DNA of 64,000 nucleotides from Candidatus Ozemobacteraceae bacterium (GTDB lineage: Bacteria > Muiribacteriota > Ozemobacteria > Ozemobacterales > Ozemobacteraceae): contig OZ223236.1 in NCBI GenBank assembly GCA_965140445.1, positions 960,001 through 1,024,000 on the forward strand, written 5' to 3'. Positions 9,327-18,922 of the stretch are shown here, in pieces. The first letter of the stretch is position 1. Each line of letters begins with the position of its first letter. Below the pieces are notes generated by a model that was not told the origin of the DNA, made no database searches, and saw nothing but the letters and a program-made list of their open reading frames with translations. The position numbers and the translations under genes were made by a program.

Positions 9327-9776
9327 ATGGAAGTCCTTTTGATTAATAATGTTCCACGAGTTGGTATAAAAGGCCAGGTACTCAAAGTAACTGAAGGTTA
9401 CGCCAGGAATTTTCTTTTCCCAAGAAACTTTGCTATACCAGCAACAAGTGGTGCAAAAAGACACCTTGAGCTCATGAAGACTTCATGGGAAAAACAGGTT
9501 CAAAAAGAAAAAGAAGCTGCCAAAGCTATGGCTGGAAAAATCGAAGGTATGATTCTCAAGCTTACCAAAAAAGCTGGAGACAATGGACGCCTTTTCGGTT
9601 CAGTTACAAGCAATGAACTTGCTGAAGCAATCAGCAAACAGGCTGGCGTTGATATTGATAAGAAACTTGTTGTTGCCGACCACATCAAAGAAGTTGGCGA
9701 ACATGCAATCACTATTCGTTTCTCAGGCGAAGTTAAAGCTGCTGTAAAAGTAGTTGTTACTCCAGTAGAAGAATAG
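9327..9776 (+). CDS. rplI: 50S ribosomal protein L9
   Basis: GYARNFLFP, GRLFGSVT motifs. Confidence 0.98.
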   Translation: MEVLLINNVPRVGIKGQVLKVTEGYARNFLFPRNFAIPATSGAKRHLELMKTSWEKQVQKEKEAAKAMAGKIEGMILKLTKKAGDNGRLFGSVTSNELAEAISKQAGVDIDKKLVVADHIKEVGEHAITIRFSGEVKAAVKVVVTPVEE

Positions 9777-9806
9777 TTTTCTTTTTTACCTTCACAGGTT
9801 AAAATG

Positions 9807-9838
9807 TGGTGGGCGAAATTTTTCGCCCACCATTTTTT
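9807..9838 (+). terminator. Rho-independent terminator
   Basis: tggtgggcgaaa-tt-tttcgcccacca plus T6. Confidence 0.85.
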
Positions 9839-9877
9839 CTTTTATCGTTTTTGTTGTATAGCACCGGGAGATAAAGC

Positions 9878-11227
9878 ATGTCAGACGTTTTTCAAAAAAT
9901 ACCACCACATAATATGGAAGCTGAGCAAAGTTTACTTGGCGCTATGATGCTAAGTGACGAAGCTGTTGTTCAGGCAATGGAAATCGTCGAAGATCAGGAT
10001 TTTTATCAGGCTGGTCACAGAGGGATTTTTCAGGCGCTTATTGACTTGTTTAATGCTTCAAGGCCGTGCGATCCCGTTACGCTCCAGGAAGAACTTCGTT
10101 CAAAAGATAAGTTAGCTGAAGTCGGTGGAGCTACTTATCTGTCGCAGTTGTTAAATGCTGTTCCAACAGCAGCTAATGCTGAACATTATGCCAAAATTGT
10201 AAAAGAGAAGTCCTTATTGCGAAAGCTGATAACTGTTTCTGGTGAAATAAGCGCAGGATCTTTTGACCCACAAGCTTCACCAGAAGAGCTTATTGATGAA
10301 GCTGAACGAAAAGTCCTTCAGCTTAGCCAGTTTAGAATTACCAGACCATATCACAAGGTAAAAGATATTGTTGGTGAAGTATTTGATCACCTGGAGCAGC
10401 TTTTTGCCAACAGACAGGCTGTTACCGGTATCCCAAGTGGGTTTACCCGTCTTGATGAATACACGGCTGGTTTTCAACCTTCTGATCTAATCATTCTTGC
10501 TGCCCGTCCTTCAATGGGTAAGACGGCTTTTTGTTTGAATATTGCTCAAAACGCTGCTTATGCAACCAAAAAAGCGGTAATGATGTTTTCCCTGGAAATG
10601 TCACATACCCAGCTTGTAACAAGACTTTTATGCTCTGAAGCTAGAATTGACGGACAAAAAGTTAGAAGAGGTTATCTAAGCAAAGAGGATTGGGCCAAAC
10701 TGACTTTAACCGCCGGCGTTCTCGAAGAAACTCCAATTTTGATTGATGATTCACCCAACGCCACCCTCTTGGAAATTAGAAGTAAAGCTCGTAGAGCATA
10801 TGCGCAGGAAAAATTAGGCATGATAATTATTGATTATCTGCAGCTTATTACCTATTCACAAGGTGGAAAGACGGAGAGTCGCCAGCAGGAAGTTTCGGCT
10901 ATTTCAAGAAGCTTGAAGAGTCTGGCAAGAGAGTTAAATGTTCCTGTTGTTTGTTTATCCCAGTTGTCACGCGCTGTTGAATCAAGAACGGACAAGCGCC
11001 CCATGCTGTCAGATCTACGTGAGTCAGGAGCTATCGAACAGGATGCCGATGTTGTTATGTTTCTTTATCGAGATAGCTACTATAACCCTAAGAGTGAAGA
11101 AAGCAAGGGCAAGGGCGAAGTAATTATTGCAAAGCAGAGAAATGGCCCTGTTGGAAGCATTGAATTGGCTTTTTGTGCCGATTATGCAAAATTTGAAAAC
11201 CTTGAAACTTTCAGAACGGAAGACTAG
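9878..11227 (+). CDS. dnaB: Replicative DNA helicase
   Basis: PPHNMEAEQ N-terminus, AARPSMGKT, IDYLQL, SQLSR, DLRESGAIEQDAD, KQRNG. Confidence 0.98.
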   Translation: MSDVFQKIPPHNMEAEQSLLGAMMLSDEAVVQAMEIVEDQDFYQAGHRGIFQALIDLFNASRPCDPVTLQEELRSKDKLAEVGGATYLSQLLNAVPTAANAEHYAKIVKEKSLLRKLITVSGEISAGSFDPQASPEELIDEAERKVLQLSQFRITRPYHKVKDIVGEVFDHLEQLFANRQAVTGIPSGFTRLDEYTAGFQPSDLIILAARPSMGKTAFCLNIAQNAAYATKKAVMMFSLEMSHTQLVTRLLCSEARIDGQKVRRGYLSKEDWAKLTLTAGVLEETPILIDDSPNATLLEIRSKARRAYAQEKLGMIIIDYLQLITYSQGGKTESRQQEVSAISRSLKSLARELNVPVVCLSQLSRAVESRTDKRPMLSDLRESGAIEQDADVVMFLYRDSYYNPKSEESKGKGEVIIAKQRNGPVGSIELAFCADYAKFENLETFRTED

Positions 11228-11236
11228 TTAAACCAC

Positions 11237-11857
11237 ATGGAAACAATAATTTCGTTTGATTGGCGTTTATTTGAACTATTTAATTCGCAGTTGACATGCG
11301 GTTTTTTGGATTGGTTAATGCCATTTATAACTAATGCCAAAACCTGGATGCCAATAATCATTCTTGTCTGGTTGGGATTAATTCTATCAGGCTCAAAAAA
11401 GTTTCGGGTTCTGGCATTGCTTCTTCTTGTTGGTGTGGGTGCAAATGATCTAATTTGTGCTAGGGTTTTGAAAAAGGGTGTTGGGCGCACCCGTCCTTGT
11501 TCAGTTGAACCAGGTCAAGGTTTGAAATGCCGATTACTTCTTCCCAAAAAGGGAAGCAAGTCTTTTCCATCTAATCATGCATCAAATACCGCTGCGTTTG
11601 CGGCTGTTATTGTGTTTTATCTGGGATTCAAGGCCGGATTGCCATTTTTGATTTTGTCTCTTATCGTAGGGTATTCGAGAGTCTACGTGGGGGTACATTT
11701 CCCATTTGATGTAATGGCTGGCTGGCTAATTGGTCTTTCAATAGGGTGGGGCGCTGTTTTTCACGCAAAGATTCTTTTTCCACAAATGTTTGAACCCCAG
11801 GACCTATCTTTGGAAAAAGAAATTGAAGGTGCCGAAAAAGAAGTTACAAAAGGCTGA
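11237..11857 (+). CDS. PAP2 family membrane phosphatase
   Basis: KxxxxRxRP, SFPSNH, SRVYVGVHFPFDV motifs. Confidence 0.92.
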   Translation: METIISFDWRLFELFNSQLTCGFLDWLMPFITNAKTWMPIIILVWLGLILSGSKKFRVLALLLLVGVGANDLICARVLKKGVGRTRPCSVEPGQGLKCRLLLPKKGSKSFPSNHASNTAAFAAVIVFYLGFKAGLPFLILSLIVGYSRVYVGVHFPFDVMAGWLIGLSIGWGAVFHAKILFPQMFEPQDLSLEKEIEGAEKEVTKG

Positions 11858-12866
11858 TCCCATTGTTTTGAAGCTCTTTCAGTATTGAATTGTTATTTTC
11901 AGCGATCATTTCTATGGAAAGTGCAATTATATTGCTCTTTTTTGCAATCTCAGGCTCTATTTTGACAAGATCTTTTTCTGTGCAGATTAGCTGAAGATTG
12001 CTGTTATTAGCCTCGAAAGCCAGTTCTTGAATCTCTTTACTGCTGAACCTGTGATGGTCTCTAAAAATCTTTTTGCTCTTTATCTCAATTCCCAGAGTTT
12101 CAAGCTGTTTAAAAAAACTTTCGGGTCTACCAATGGCAGCAAACGCTAAAACCGGTTTACATATTTTTTCGATGCTGATTTTAGTATTTTCACTATTTAC
12201 AAAATTATTGGAAGTTGTTTTAAGTTTAATTATTGGAGCGGTTGGGTGTCTTTCGGATAACCAGTTACACCAAAATTGAATCTGGTTGTCGGTGGCAAGT
12301 TCTGTACGAGTTAACAATATTGCAGTTGCATTTGCTATTCTGTATTCTGGTTCGCGCATTCTCCCAGCTGGTATCAGTCTTGCTTCTTCCTGGTCTGCCA
12401 GCGCATCCCATAACAGAAGGTTTATATCTTTATAAATACGCCTGTACTGAAATCCATCGTCCAAAAGAATTAGCTCCGGATTAAATTGCTTCTCGGCTAA
12501 AAAAGCCGAATGGTGGCGGTTTTTACCAATTAGCACAGGCACTTTTGGGAATTTTTTGTGAAGCAAAACGGCTTCATCCGTCATTTCTGCTGGAGCTACT
12601 GAATCTGGCTCAATGATGTATGAACTTCTTTCCCATGGGGATCTGTAACCACGGCTCAAAACACATACTTTTCTCTCGCCAAGGGATTCTAAAAGTGAAA
12701 ACAAAACTGGCGTTTTTCCAGTTCCCCCCATGGTCAGGTTCCCGACCGAAATGACTTTTGCCTTTGGACGGCGTTTCAAAAAGGAGAAAAAATCAAAAAA
12801 TAGCCGCTCGGTAGTGGTTAATGCGAAGTATACCTTTTGCAATAACTTAAGAATGGTTTCTTTCAT
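11844..12866 (-). CDS. lpxK: Tetraacyldisaccharide (lipid A) 4'-kinase
   Basis: VISVGNLTMGGTGKTP, LSRGY, LLDDGFQ, LIPAGRMRE, DHH, TEKD. Confidence 0.95.
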   Translation of the reverse strand: MKETILKLLQKVYFALTTTERLFFDFFSFLKRRPKAKVISVGNLTMGGTGKTPVLFSLLESLGERKVCVLSRGYRSPWERSSYIIEPDSVAPAEMTDEAVLLHKKFPKVPVLIGKNRHHSAFLAEKQFNPELILLDDGFQYRRIYKDINLLLWDALADQEEARLIPAGRMREPEYRIANATAILLTRTELATDNQIQFWCNWLSERHPTAPIIKLKTTSNNFVNSENTKISIEKICKPVLAFAAIGRPESFFKQLETLGIEIKSKKIFRDHHRFSSKEIQELAFEANNSNLQLICTEKDLVKIEPEIAKKSNIIALSIEMIAENNNSILKELQNNGISLL

Positions 12867-13825
12867 TGACGATTTCTTTCAAAGAAGCGAACAAAGGCGT
12901 TTTTCATTTCCAGCATTCGCTGTTCATTTTCAAAAATAAATTCTGGAGAGGCTTTAAGGAAGGGTGAATCTGGTGATTCTTCAATTGTATGAACTCTGGC
13001 TGCTCTGGCCAGACTTTTTATTTTTTCGTCATATGGAATAAGTTTAACGCTAAGACCGCTTCTAAGAGCGGCCAGAGAAAGATGGTATCGCATTAGGATT
13101 CCACAGGAAAAATTGTTCATCATGTCAGTTGCTTTTGAAAAGCTTTCTGGCTTGAGAATAACAAGGTTTTTTAATCCTTTTCGCATGGTTTTAATATCTG
13201 TGTTGCGTGCAGCCAGACCAATTGTCTCAGTATTTGGGAGTAAATGCGGATTTAATAATTTTCCAAATTTGCGAAATTTCCAGGGCCTGACATTTAAAGC
13301 CTGTCTATTTATATTGCTAGAAGCTGTTTTTAAATTGACAGGAATATCCCAGGTCCAGTCAGTGCCAAGATTTGCTTTTCTTTTGGTGAGCTTTTCAAAA
13401 AAATCTTTTGAGTATTCGTCTCTTAACCATGCGACAGGAACTCGCATTAAGGCTTTTTGGGCCATAGTTTGCAGTGCTGGACGCTTGATAGGACCCAGGC
13501 CTGCTCCCCACAGGGAAATTCGTTTTCGAAATACATTGGCTGCAAGTATTCTTAGAGCAAAATACGCAACTCCCTCAAACGACCAGTCTTGAAGTATGCC
13601 TCCAGTAAAAACGACATCACTTGAATTCGCCAGTTCTTTTATGTATTCCGGCCATGAACTGAGGCCACGCCTTGAAATCGGGCGTGCGCCTGGACAAATT
13701 CCAACTGATTTGCCTGAGGTAAATACAGCTTTTGTATCTGATGGGGCATTATTTAGAATACATTCTAGAATTGCATCATCACCTAAATTGTCTTCGCCAA
13801 AAAAGCCTGTAAGTAGTATCTGCAT
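12863..13825 (-). CDS. Polysaccharide pyruvyl transferase, CsaB-like
   Basis: N-terminal 'GFFGEDNLGDDAIL', 'GGILQD', 'GAGLGP', 'MRYH', 'YDEKI'. Confidence 0.8.
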   Translation of the reverse strand: MQILLTGFFGEDNLGDDAILECILNNAPSDTKAVFTSGKSVGICPGARPISRRGLSSWPEYIKELANSSDVVFTGGILQDWSFEGVAYFALRILAANVFRKRISLWGAGLGPIKRPALQTMAQKALMRVPVAWLRDEYSKDFFEKLTKRKANLGTDWTWDIPVNLKTASSNINRQALNVRPWKFRKFGKLLNPHLLPNTETIGLAARNTDIKTMRKGLKNLVILKPESFSKATDMMNNFSCGILMRYHLSLAALRSGLSVKLIPYDEKIKSLARAARVHTIEESPDSPFLKASPEFIFENEQRMLEMKNAFVRFFERNRQ

Positions 13826-13829
13826 TATT

Positions 13830-14900
13830 TTATCTTGTCTTAATCCTGCTTAAGCTGTCAAGAATTGCTTCTAATCTATCATTCCAAGTTGGAATTCTGG
13901 AATCATTATGCTTATTGTAACAGATTTGAGCAGGCTCATTTATTAATGATTTTATATCGCTATTTTTTTCAATAAACAGGTCTATGAAAGGGTTTTGCAT
14001 CAGGTCTTTTTTGCCGGTGCACCACACGTGAAGACCCGAAGCAGCATATTCGTATGCTTTAATTGGGTCTACACCACTAACCAGGTCAATATCTTTGAAT
14101 GGAATTAAACCAATGTCGCATTTTAGGAAGAGATCTTTTAATTTGCTATGCTCCAGAATGCCATGATACTTAACCTCAGGAAGATTTATCAGCTTTTTAA
14201 AGTCACTCCCTCTGCCTGGACCTGCAATGTGCAGCTCAACTTTTTTTAGCTTACAAAGTTTAATAAGCCATGCACAGTCGACCCATTCAAAATGAGCTCC
14301 GGCAGAAACTATTGTGATTGTTGATTTTCCATCAATATTTCTTTTTGGAACCTGTTTCCAGCTGGATGACACTGCATTTGGAATTAGTTTTATTGGACAG
14401 GAATTGTTAAATACCGTTTCTTCAATCAACGGGTGGGAAACCAGAATTAAATCAGCCTTGGAGAAAATGAGGCTTTCAAATCTTCGAATTGCATTAAATG
14501 ATTGGCCAGGAAACTTTCCATGAACATCACATTTATCATAGATCACAAAGCTCCAATTATTGCTGGTAAAATCAGATAGAAGCGGATCTGCAATCCACAA
14601 GAGTGAGAGCTCGGGGGAAATCTTAACTTTAGTTTTTAATAGAAAGAATGCGATTCTAGTGGCTATTTTCTGGATTGAAGGAAACCTGGAAGTTCTAAAT
14701 GGAACAAATATATCGATTACTTCAAATCCCTGGCTAACGATTTTGCGGGAAATCGAAAATCCGGGACTTCTGATTGGGTTTACATATTTAATCTGGTAAC
14801 CTTTTTCATGAAGTCCACGAGCAAACTCCTGGTGTCTTTGATTTAGCGCTGAGTATGCTACGGGTGAAACGAATACGATTGTTTGTAGTGAAGAGCACAT
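13830..14900 (-). CDS. Glycosyltransferase, GT-B fold (TuaH-like GT4)
   Basis: 'QRHQ', 'IYDKCD', 'CDIGLIPF', 'PIKAYEYAASG'; ATG overlaps the upstream TGA. Confidence 0.8.
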   Translation of the reverse strand: MCSSLQTIVFVSPVAYSALNQRHQEFARGLHEKGYQIKYVNPIRSPGFSISRKIVSQGFEVIDIFVPFRTSRFPSIQKIATRIAFFLLKTKVKISPELSLLWIADPLLSDFTSNNWSFVIYDKCDVHGKFPGQSFNAIRRFESLIFSKADLILVSHPLIEETVFNNSCPIKLIPNAVSSSWKQVPKRNIDGKSTITIVSAGAHFEWVDCAWLIKLCKLKKVELHIAGPGRGSDFKKLINLPEVKYHGILEHSKLKDLFLKCDIGLIPFKDIDLVSGVDPIKAYEYAASGLHVWCTGKKDLMQNPFIDLFIEKNSDIKSLINEPAQICYNKHNDSRIPTWNDRLEAILDSLSRIKTR

Positions 14901-16987
14901 CAATTTTCTATAGAATCCATCAGGATTGTTTCAAACTTTGAGACCATAGCCTTGAAATCATTATGTTTTTTGAAAAAATCAACAGAGTTGGCACCAAATT
15001 TAAGAATGTTTTCTTTGTTTAAAAGTGTTTTCAAGGCTTCTATTAGCTGTGAATCGTTTCTAGGGGAAATTAGTAAGCCATTATAATTATGAATAACTAT
15101 CTCGGGAATTCCGCCTACCTTGGTTGCGAGACAAGGAATTCCAAATCTCATGGCTTCCAGGAGGCTTAGGGGAATCCCTTCACCTAGCGAGGGAAGAAAG
15201 ACAAGATCGGTTTCCTTGTAAAAATCTTCAATATTATTTACAAAGCCATAAAATTTTATTCTGGTGGAAAATTCGTCTTTAAGGAATTCTCTTTCAAGGT
15301 TTTCTCGCTCTGGCCCATCACCGAAAATTTTGATTTCAAAGTCTGGCAATTCCTTGTAATGTTTTCTCAGGGCTTTCAGAGCCCAATAGTGCCCTTTGTT
15401 TGCATGAAGTTTTGCTACAATTGAAATTTTAAAAGGCTCCTGATGACGGGCATTGCTAGGAGCAATTTCTTTGTTTATGCAGTTTGGCAGCGTAGTGATT
15501 TTTTTGTTTTTTATGTCCTGAATTTTCAAGTGTTTCTCAACAGCGGTTGAAACAGGAATCAAGTGGGTACAATTTTTGTAATAGCTCAAGCGGTTCAATC
15601 CATGAACGTGAGCCACACTAGGAATTCCTAGATATGAAGAGTAGAGACCGGAAATTAATGAGGCTTTGTTCAGATGACTGCTCACAATAGAAGGTCTGAT
15701 TTTTTTCAAGTCGGTGAAAAGCTTTAGTGCATAAAAAATCCCGCCAGCTTTCATGCTTATAGCTGAACATTGGTTGGAAAGCTTATTGATTTCCTGCTGA
15801 AGAGGAGCGCCGGCGCAGGTTGCAGAAATTTCCCAGCCCCTCGTTTTTAACTCTTCCATTAAGCTTAATGCAAGCCGTTCTCCTCCTCCTAATTCATTAG
15901 AGGATATGGCGAAATGAATCTTCTTTCTCTTTTCGTCGCTTAAATTTTTAAAAAGTTCGAAATGCTTATCAATTGCCATTTTGCGATTGAATTTACTTTC
16001 AACCATTTGTCTGGCTTTTTCTCCCATGGAAACCCTTGTCTCATAATTATCTATTAAAGTTGATAACTGTATTTTTAAACCATTTTCCGAGTCGGGTTCA
16101 AATAAAAGACCGGCATGATCCGAGATGATTTCTGGCAAGCCGCCAATGTTTGCTGCTATAACCGGTAAAGAGCTTTCCATGGCTTCGCAAACATGAATGC
16201 CAAAGGATTCCTGGCGAGAAGGGGCTACGAAAATATCTATTTTTTTTAAGAATTCCCTTGGATTCTCAATTTCCCCTTCAAATGTGCATAGATGCGAAAT
16301 TTCAAGGGTCTCTGAGAGTTTAATCAGTTCAGGTTTTATTTTTCCGTCTCCACCGATTAGAATTTCAAACTCGTAGCCTTCATCATTTAGGGTTTTGCAG
16401 GCCTTTAAAAGGCGATCTATTCCCTTTACCGGGTGAAGACGAGACAATGTGCCAATTGTAATTTTTTTATTGCTGCAACGCTCTTTAACTTGTTTTTGAA
16501 AGATATTGACCCCGGGATATATCACCGATGAATTGCAGCTTAAATTCGGTGAAACATTTTCTGCATACCAGTTCTGCAGGAAATTGCTGGGAAAGATCAG
16601 GTGGTCTGATTTGCTCTGAAATCTTCTTTCAAAAAAGTGAAAAAAACTATTTTCAGCACCATGTATGGAAGTAACAAAAGATGCTTTTGCATCATTGTTC
16701 GCCAATCTGGCCAATAGAGTTGCCTTGAAGAGATGGGTGTGGATAATGTTGGGGCTGAATTGCTTGATGATTTTGCGCAACTTAAAGAAGGCTGGCACAT
16801 CCAACATGTTTTCCCCAAGGATTTCAACTTCGATATTTGCTTTTCTGAGCCTGTTTCCAATTGGGCCGTCTTTGAAAGAAACTACTTTTATCTCGTGCCC
16901 TTCACTGTATCCGCGCAAACATAGGTCTATCAGCAAGGTTTGGGCGCCACCATAAGTTAGTGCATTTATGCATTGTAGAATGCGCAT
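14900..16987 (-). CDS. Tandem two-domain GT4 glycosyltransferase
   Basis: Two GT4 modules: GGAQ...ESFGIHVCEAM..GGLPEII and GGGE...EGIPLSLLEAM..GGIPEIV; start MRILQ at 16987. Confidence 0.9.
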   Translation of the reverse strand: MRILQCINALTYGGAQTLLIDLCLRGYSEGHEIKVVSFKDGPIGNRLRKANIEVEILGENMLDVPAFFKLRKIIKQFSPNIIHTHLFKATLLARLANNDAKASFVTSIHGAENSFFHFFERRFQSKSDHLIFPSNFLQNWYAENVSPNLSCNSSVIYPGVNIFQKQVKERCSNKKITIGTLSRLHPVKGIDRLLKACKTLNDEGYEFEILIGGDGKIKPELIKLSETLEISHLCTFEGEIENPREFLKKIDIFVAPSRQESFGIHVCEAMESSLPVIAANIGGLPEIISDHAGLLFEPDSENGLKIQLSTLIDNYETRVSMGEKARQMVESKFNRKMAIDKHFELFKNLSDEKRKKIHFAISSNELGGGERLALSLMEELKTRGWEISATCAGAPLQQEINKLSNQCSAISMKAGGIFYALKLFTDLKKIRPSIVSSHLNKASLISGLYSSYLGIPSVAHVHGLNRLSYYKNCTHLIPVSTAVEKHLKIQDIKNKKITTLPNCINKEIAPSNARHQEPFKISIVAKLHANKGHYWALKALRKHYKELPDFEIKIFGDGPERENLEREFLKDEFSTRIKFYGFVNNIEDFYKETDLVFLPSLGEGIPLSLLEAMRFGIPCLATKVGGIPEIVIHNYNGLLISPRNDSQLIEALKTLLNKENILKFGANSVDFFKKHNDFKAMVSKFETILMDSIEN

Positions 16988-17065
16988 GTGTATCTCTTCC
17001 AGGTGTAAATTAAGAAACCATTCTATGTTTATACGCTTAATCAGGCAATAGAAAAAGCTAAAAAT

Positions 17066-17094
17066 TTGACGCATTTCTGGTGGAGGGTTACAAT
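17066..17094 (+). promoter_or_regulatory. Sigma70-type promoter of the PLD gene
   Basis: TTGACG-17 nt-TACAAT. Confidence 0.7.
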
Positions 17095-17119
17095 GAAAAA
17101 AAAATGTACGGAGATACCT

Positions 17120-18643
17120 ATGAATTTTAGAGCAAGATTTTCTGTTCTGTTTCTGGTTACGATGTTTTTACTAAGCTGTTTTGCTTCTTATGCAGCCGCT
17201 TATAGACCAGTTCCTGATAATAGAAACTTAACCCAGATTTTTAACGATGTTGATGTTAAAACTGATAAAATCGGAACAAAAGTTCGTTTGATCACTGAAA
17301 ACACCCAGGCATGGTTTTCCCGTTGGAAAATTATTGAAGATGCTAAAGAAACATTGGATTGCACTTATTATATCGTAGATAAGGATATGTTCGGGCAGTC
17401 TTTTATTGGTTTATTGCTTAAAAAAGCCCGCCATGGCGTTAAAATTCGTCTGATGATTGATGGTCGAGTTTATAGAATGCCTTATATGAGCAAGATGCCA
17501 GATAAAATTGAAGAACTTGCAGCTTTCCCAAATGTTCAGATCAAGCTTTACAATTCTGTTGCCAAATCTTTCCTTGGCGCATTTCGTGATTTAAAACAAG
17601 TTGTAGCCTCTAACCATGACAAAATTATCATTGCTGATGGTTATACCACGATTATTGGCGGTAGAAATATTGGTGCGGATTATTTTGCCAGCAAAGGGGA
17701 AAATGATATCGTATATCGCGATACTGACGTTGTGATGCAGGGTCGCCATGTTGCTGTTCAGCTTAAAAAGGCTTTTGAAGACGAGTGGAACTGCTTGAAA
17801 AACTCTGTAGTAAAACCAGATAGATTCAATTTCAAGAAGCAGCTTGCAAAAGTTGATCTGGCTTATCGTGTTATGTCCAGATATATGCAGGGACGTGGAT
17901 TTTATAATCCAGATGATACAAGAGTTTCTGCCAGCTTGAAAAAAGAACTCACGGCCATGAATGAAGAGGTTAAGAAGTATAAAAATCTTAAAGCTTTTTC
18001 TTCGTTTGAATTGTTCCATGGGGACAGAGAAAAACCTGTGAAAATTCTGGATAAAAACTCTCGAATAGGTGCTTTTAACGGCATTACCCCAACTCTAATT
18101 AAAATGATTGATGCTTGTGAAAATGAAATAATCATCCAGAATCCTTATCTGGTAATTACTGAAGAAGCTGAAGCAGCATTGAAGAGAGCTTCTGCCCGTG
18201 GAGTTAAAATTATTTTCCACACTAATAGTGCTAACTCAACTGATTCTTTATTCCCACAGGCTTTCTTAATGGATGATTGGAAAAGAATCTTAAAAGAAAT
18301 GCCTACTGCCAGAATGTTTGTAGCTCCTTCTGAAAATGAAAGACTGCATTCAAAAGTATTCATTTTTGATTCTCTTGTAACTATCGTTGGTTCTTACAAT
18401 ATGGACCCGCTTAGTGAGCAGATCAATTCTGAAGTTGTGGCTGCAATTCATGATAAATCATTTGCCACCAGAACAAGATTGAGAACTTTCGATGACATGA
18501 AAAAAGTTATTGAGTATAAAATTCAGGTTGATGAAAAGGGAAAAATCATTAAAGCTTATGGTCCAGAAGATCATGTTTCCAAAAAGGTTATAAAGAGAAT
18601 GAATCTTTTAAGAAAGCTGCAGTGGCTTAGACCCATTATTTAA
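17120..18643 (+). CDS. Phospholipase D family protein (cardiolipin synthase ClsC-like) with a signal peptide
   Basis: Two HxKxxxxD motifs (NHDKIIIAD, LHSKVFIFD), GGRNIG, GSYNMD; start at 17120 after ggag. Confidence 0.9.
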   Translation: MNFRARFSVLFLVTMFLLSCFASYAAAYRPVPDNRNLTQIFNDVDVKTDKIGTKVRLITENTQAWFSRWKIIEDAKETLDCTYYIVDKDMFGQSFIGLLLKKARHGVKIRLMIDGRVYRMPYMSKMPDKIEELAAFPNVQIKLYNSVAKSFLGAFRDLKQVVASNHDKIIIADGYTTIIGGRNIGADYFASKGENDIVYRDTDVVMQGRHVAVQLKKAFEDEWNCLKNSVVKPDRFNFKKQLAKVDLAYRVMSRYMQGRGFYNPDDTRVSASLKKELTAMNEEVKKYKNLKAFSSFELFHGDREKPVKILDKNSRIGAFNGITPTLIKMIDACENEIIIQNPYLVITEEAEAALKRASARGVKIIFHTNSANSTDSLFPQAFLMDDWKRILKEMPTARMFVAPSENERLHSKVFIFDSLVTIVGSYNMDPLSEQINSEVVAAIHDKSFATRTRLRTFDDMKKVIEYKIQVDEKGKIIKAYGPEDHVSKKVIKRMNLLRKLQWLRPII

Positions 18644-18654
18644 AAAGTTCTTTG

Positions 18655-18693
18655 AAAAGCCTGCTTTGAAGTAATTTCAAAGCAGGCTTTTTT
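18655..18693 (+). terminator. Rho-independent terminator (probably bidirectional)
   Basis: aaaagcctgctttgaa/ttcaaagcaggctttt. Confidence 0.85.
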
Positions 18694-18922
18694 ATTTAAA
18701 GTAGATGCTTTTTGATCAGGCTTTTAGCAATAATCTTATCAGGAGAGAAAGATCATTTTTGGGGCATGTTTAGTGGTTAAATCGCCAGCATTAACTAGCT
18801 CAAATGGGGTGGTGGTTGAACAATGTCTTTTTGCAGAAATGATTGGTAAAAGAGGCCTTGAGAAATGCCTGGTTAAAGCTTTTGCGAGGCTTATGGGCTC
18901 AAATGAAGTTTGAAAGATTAAG

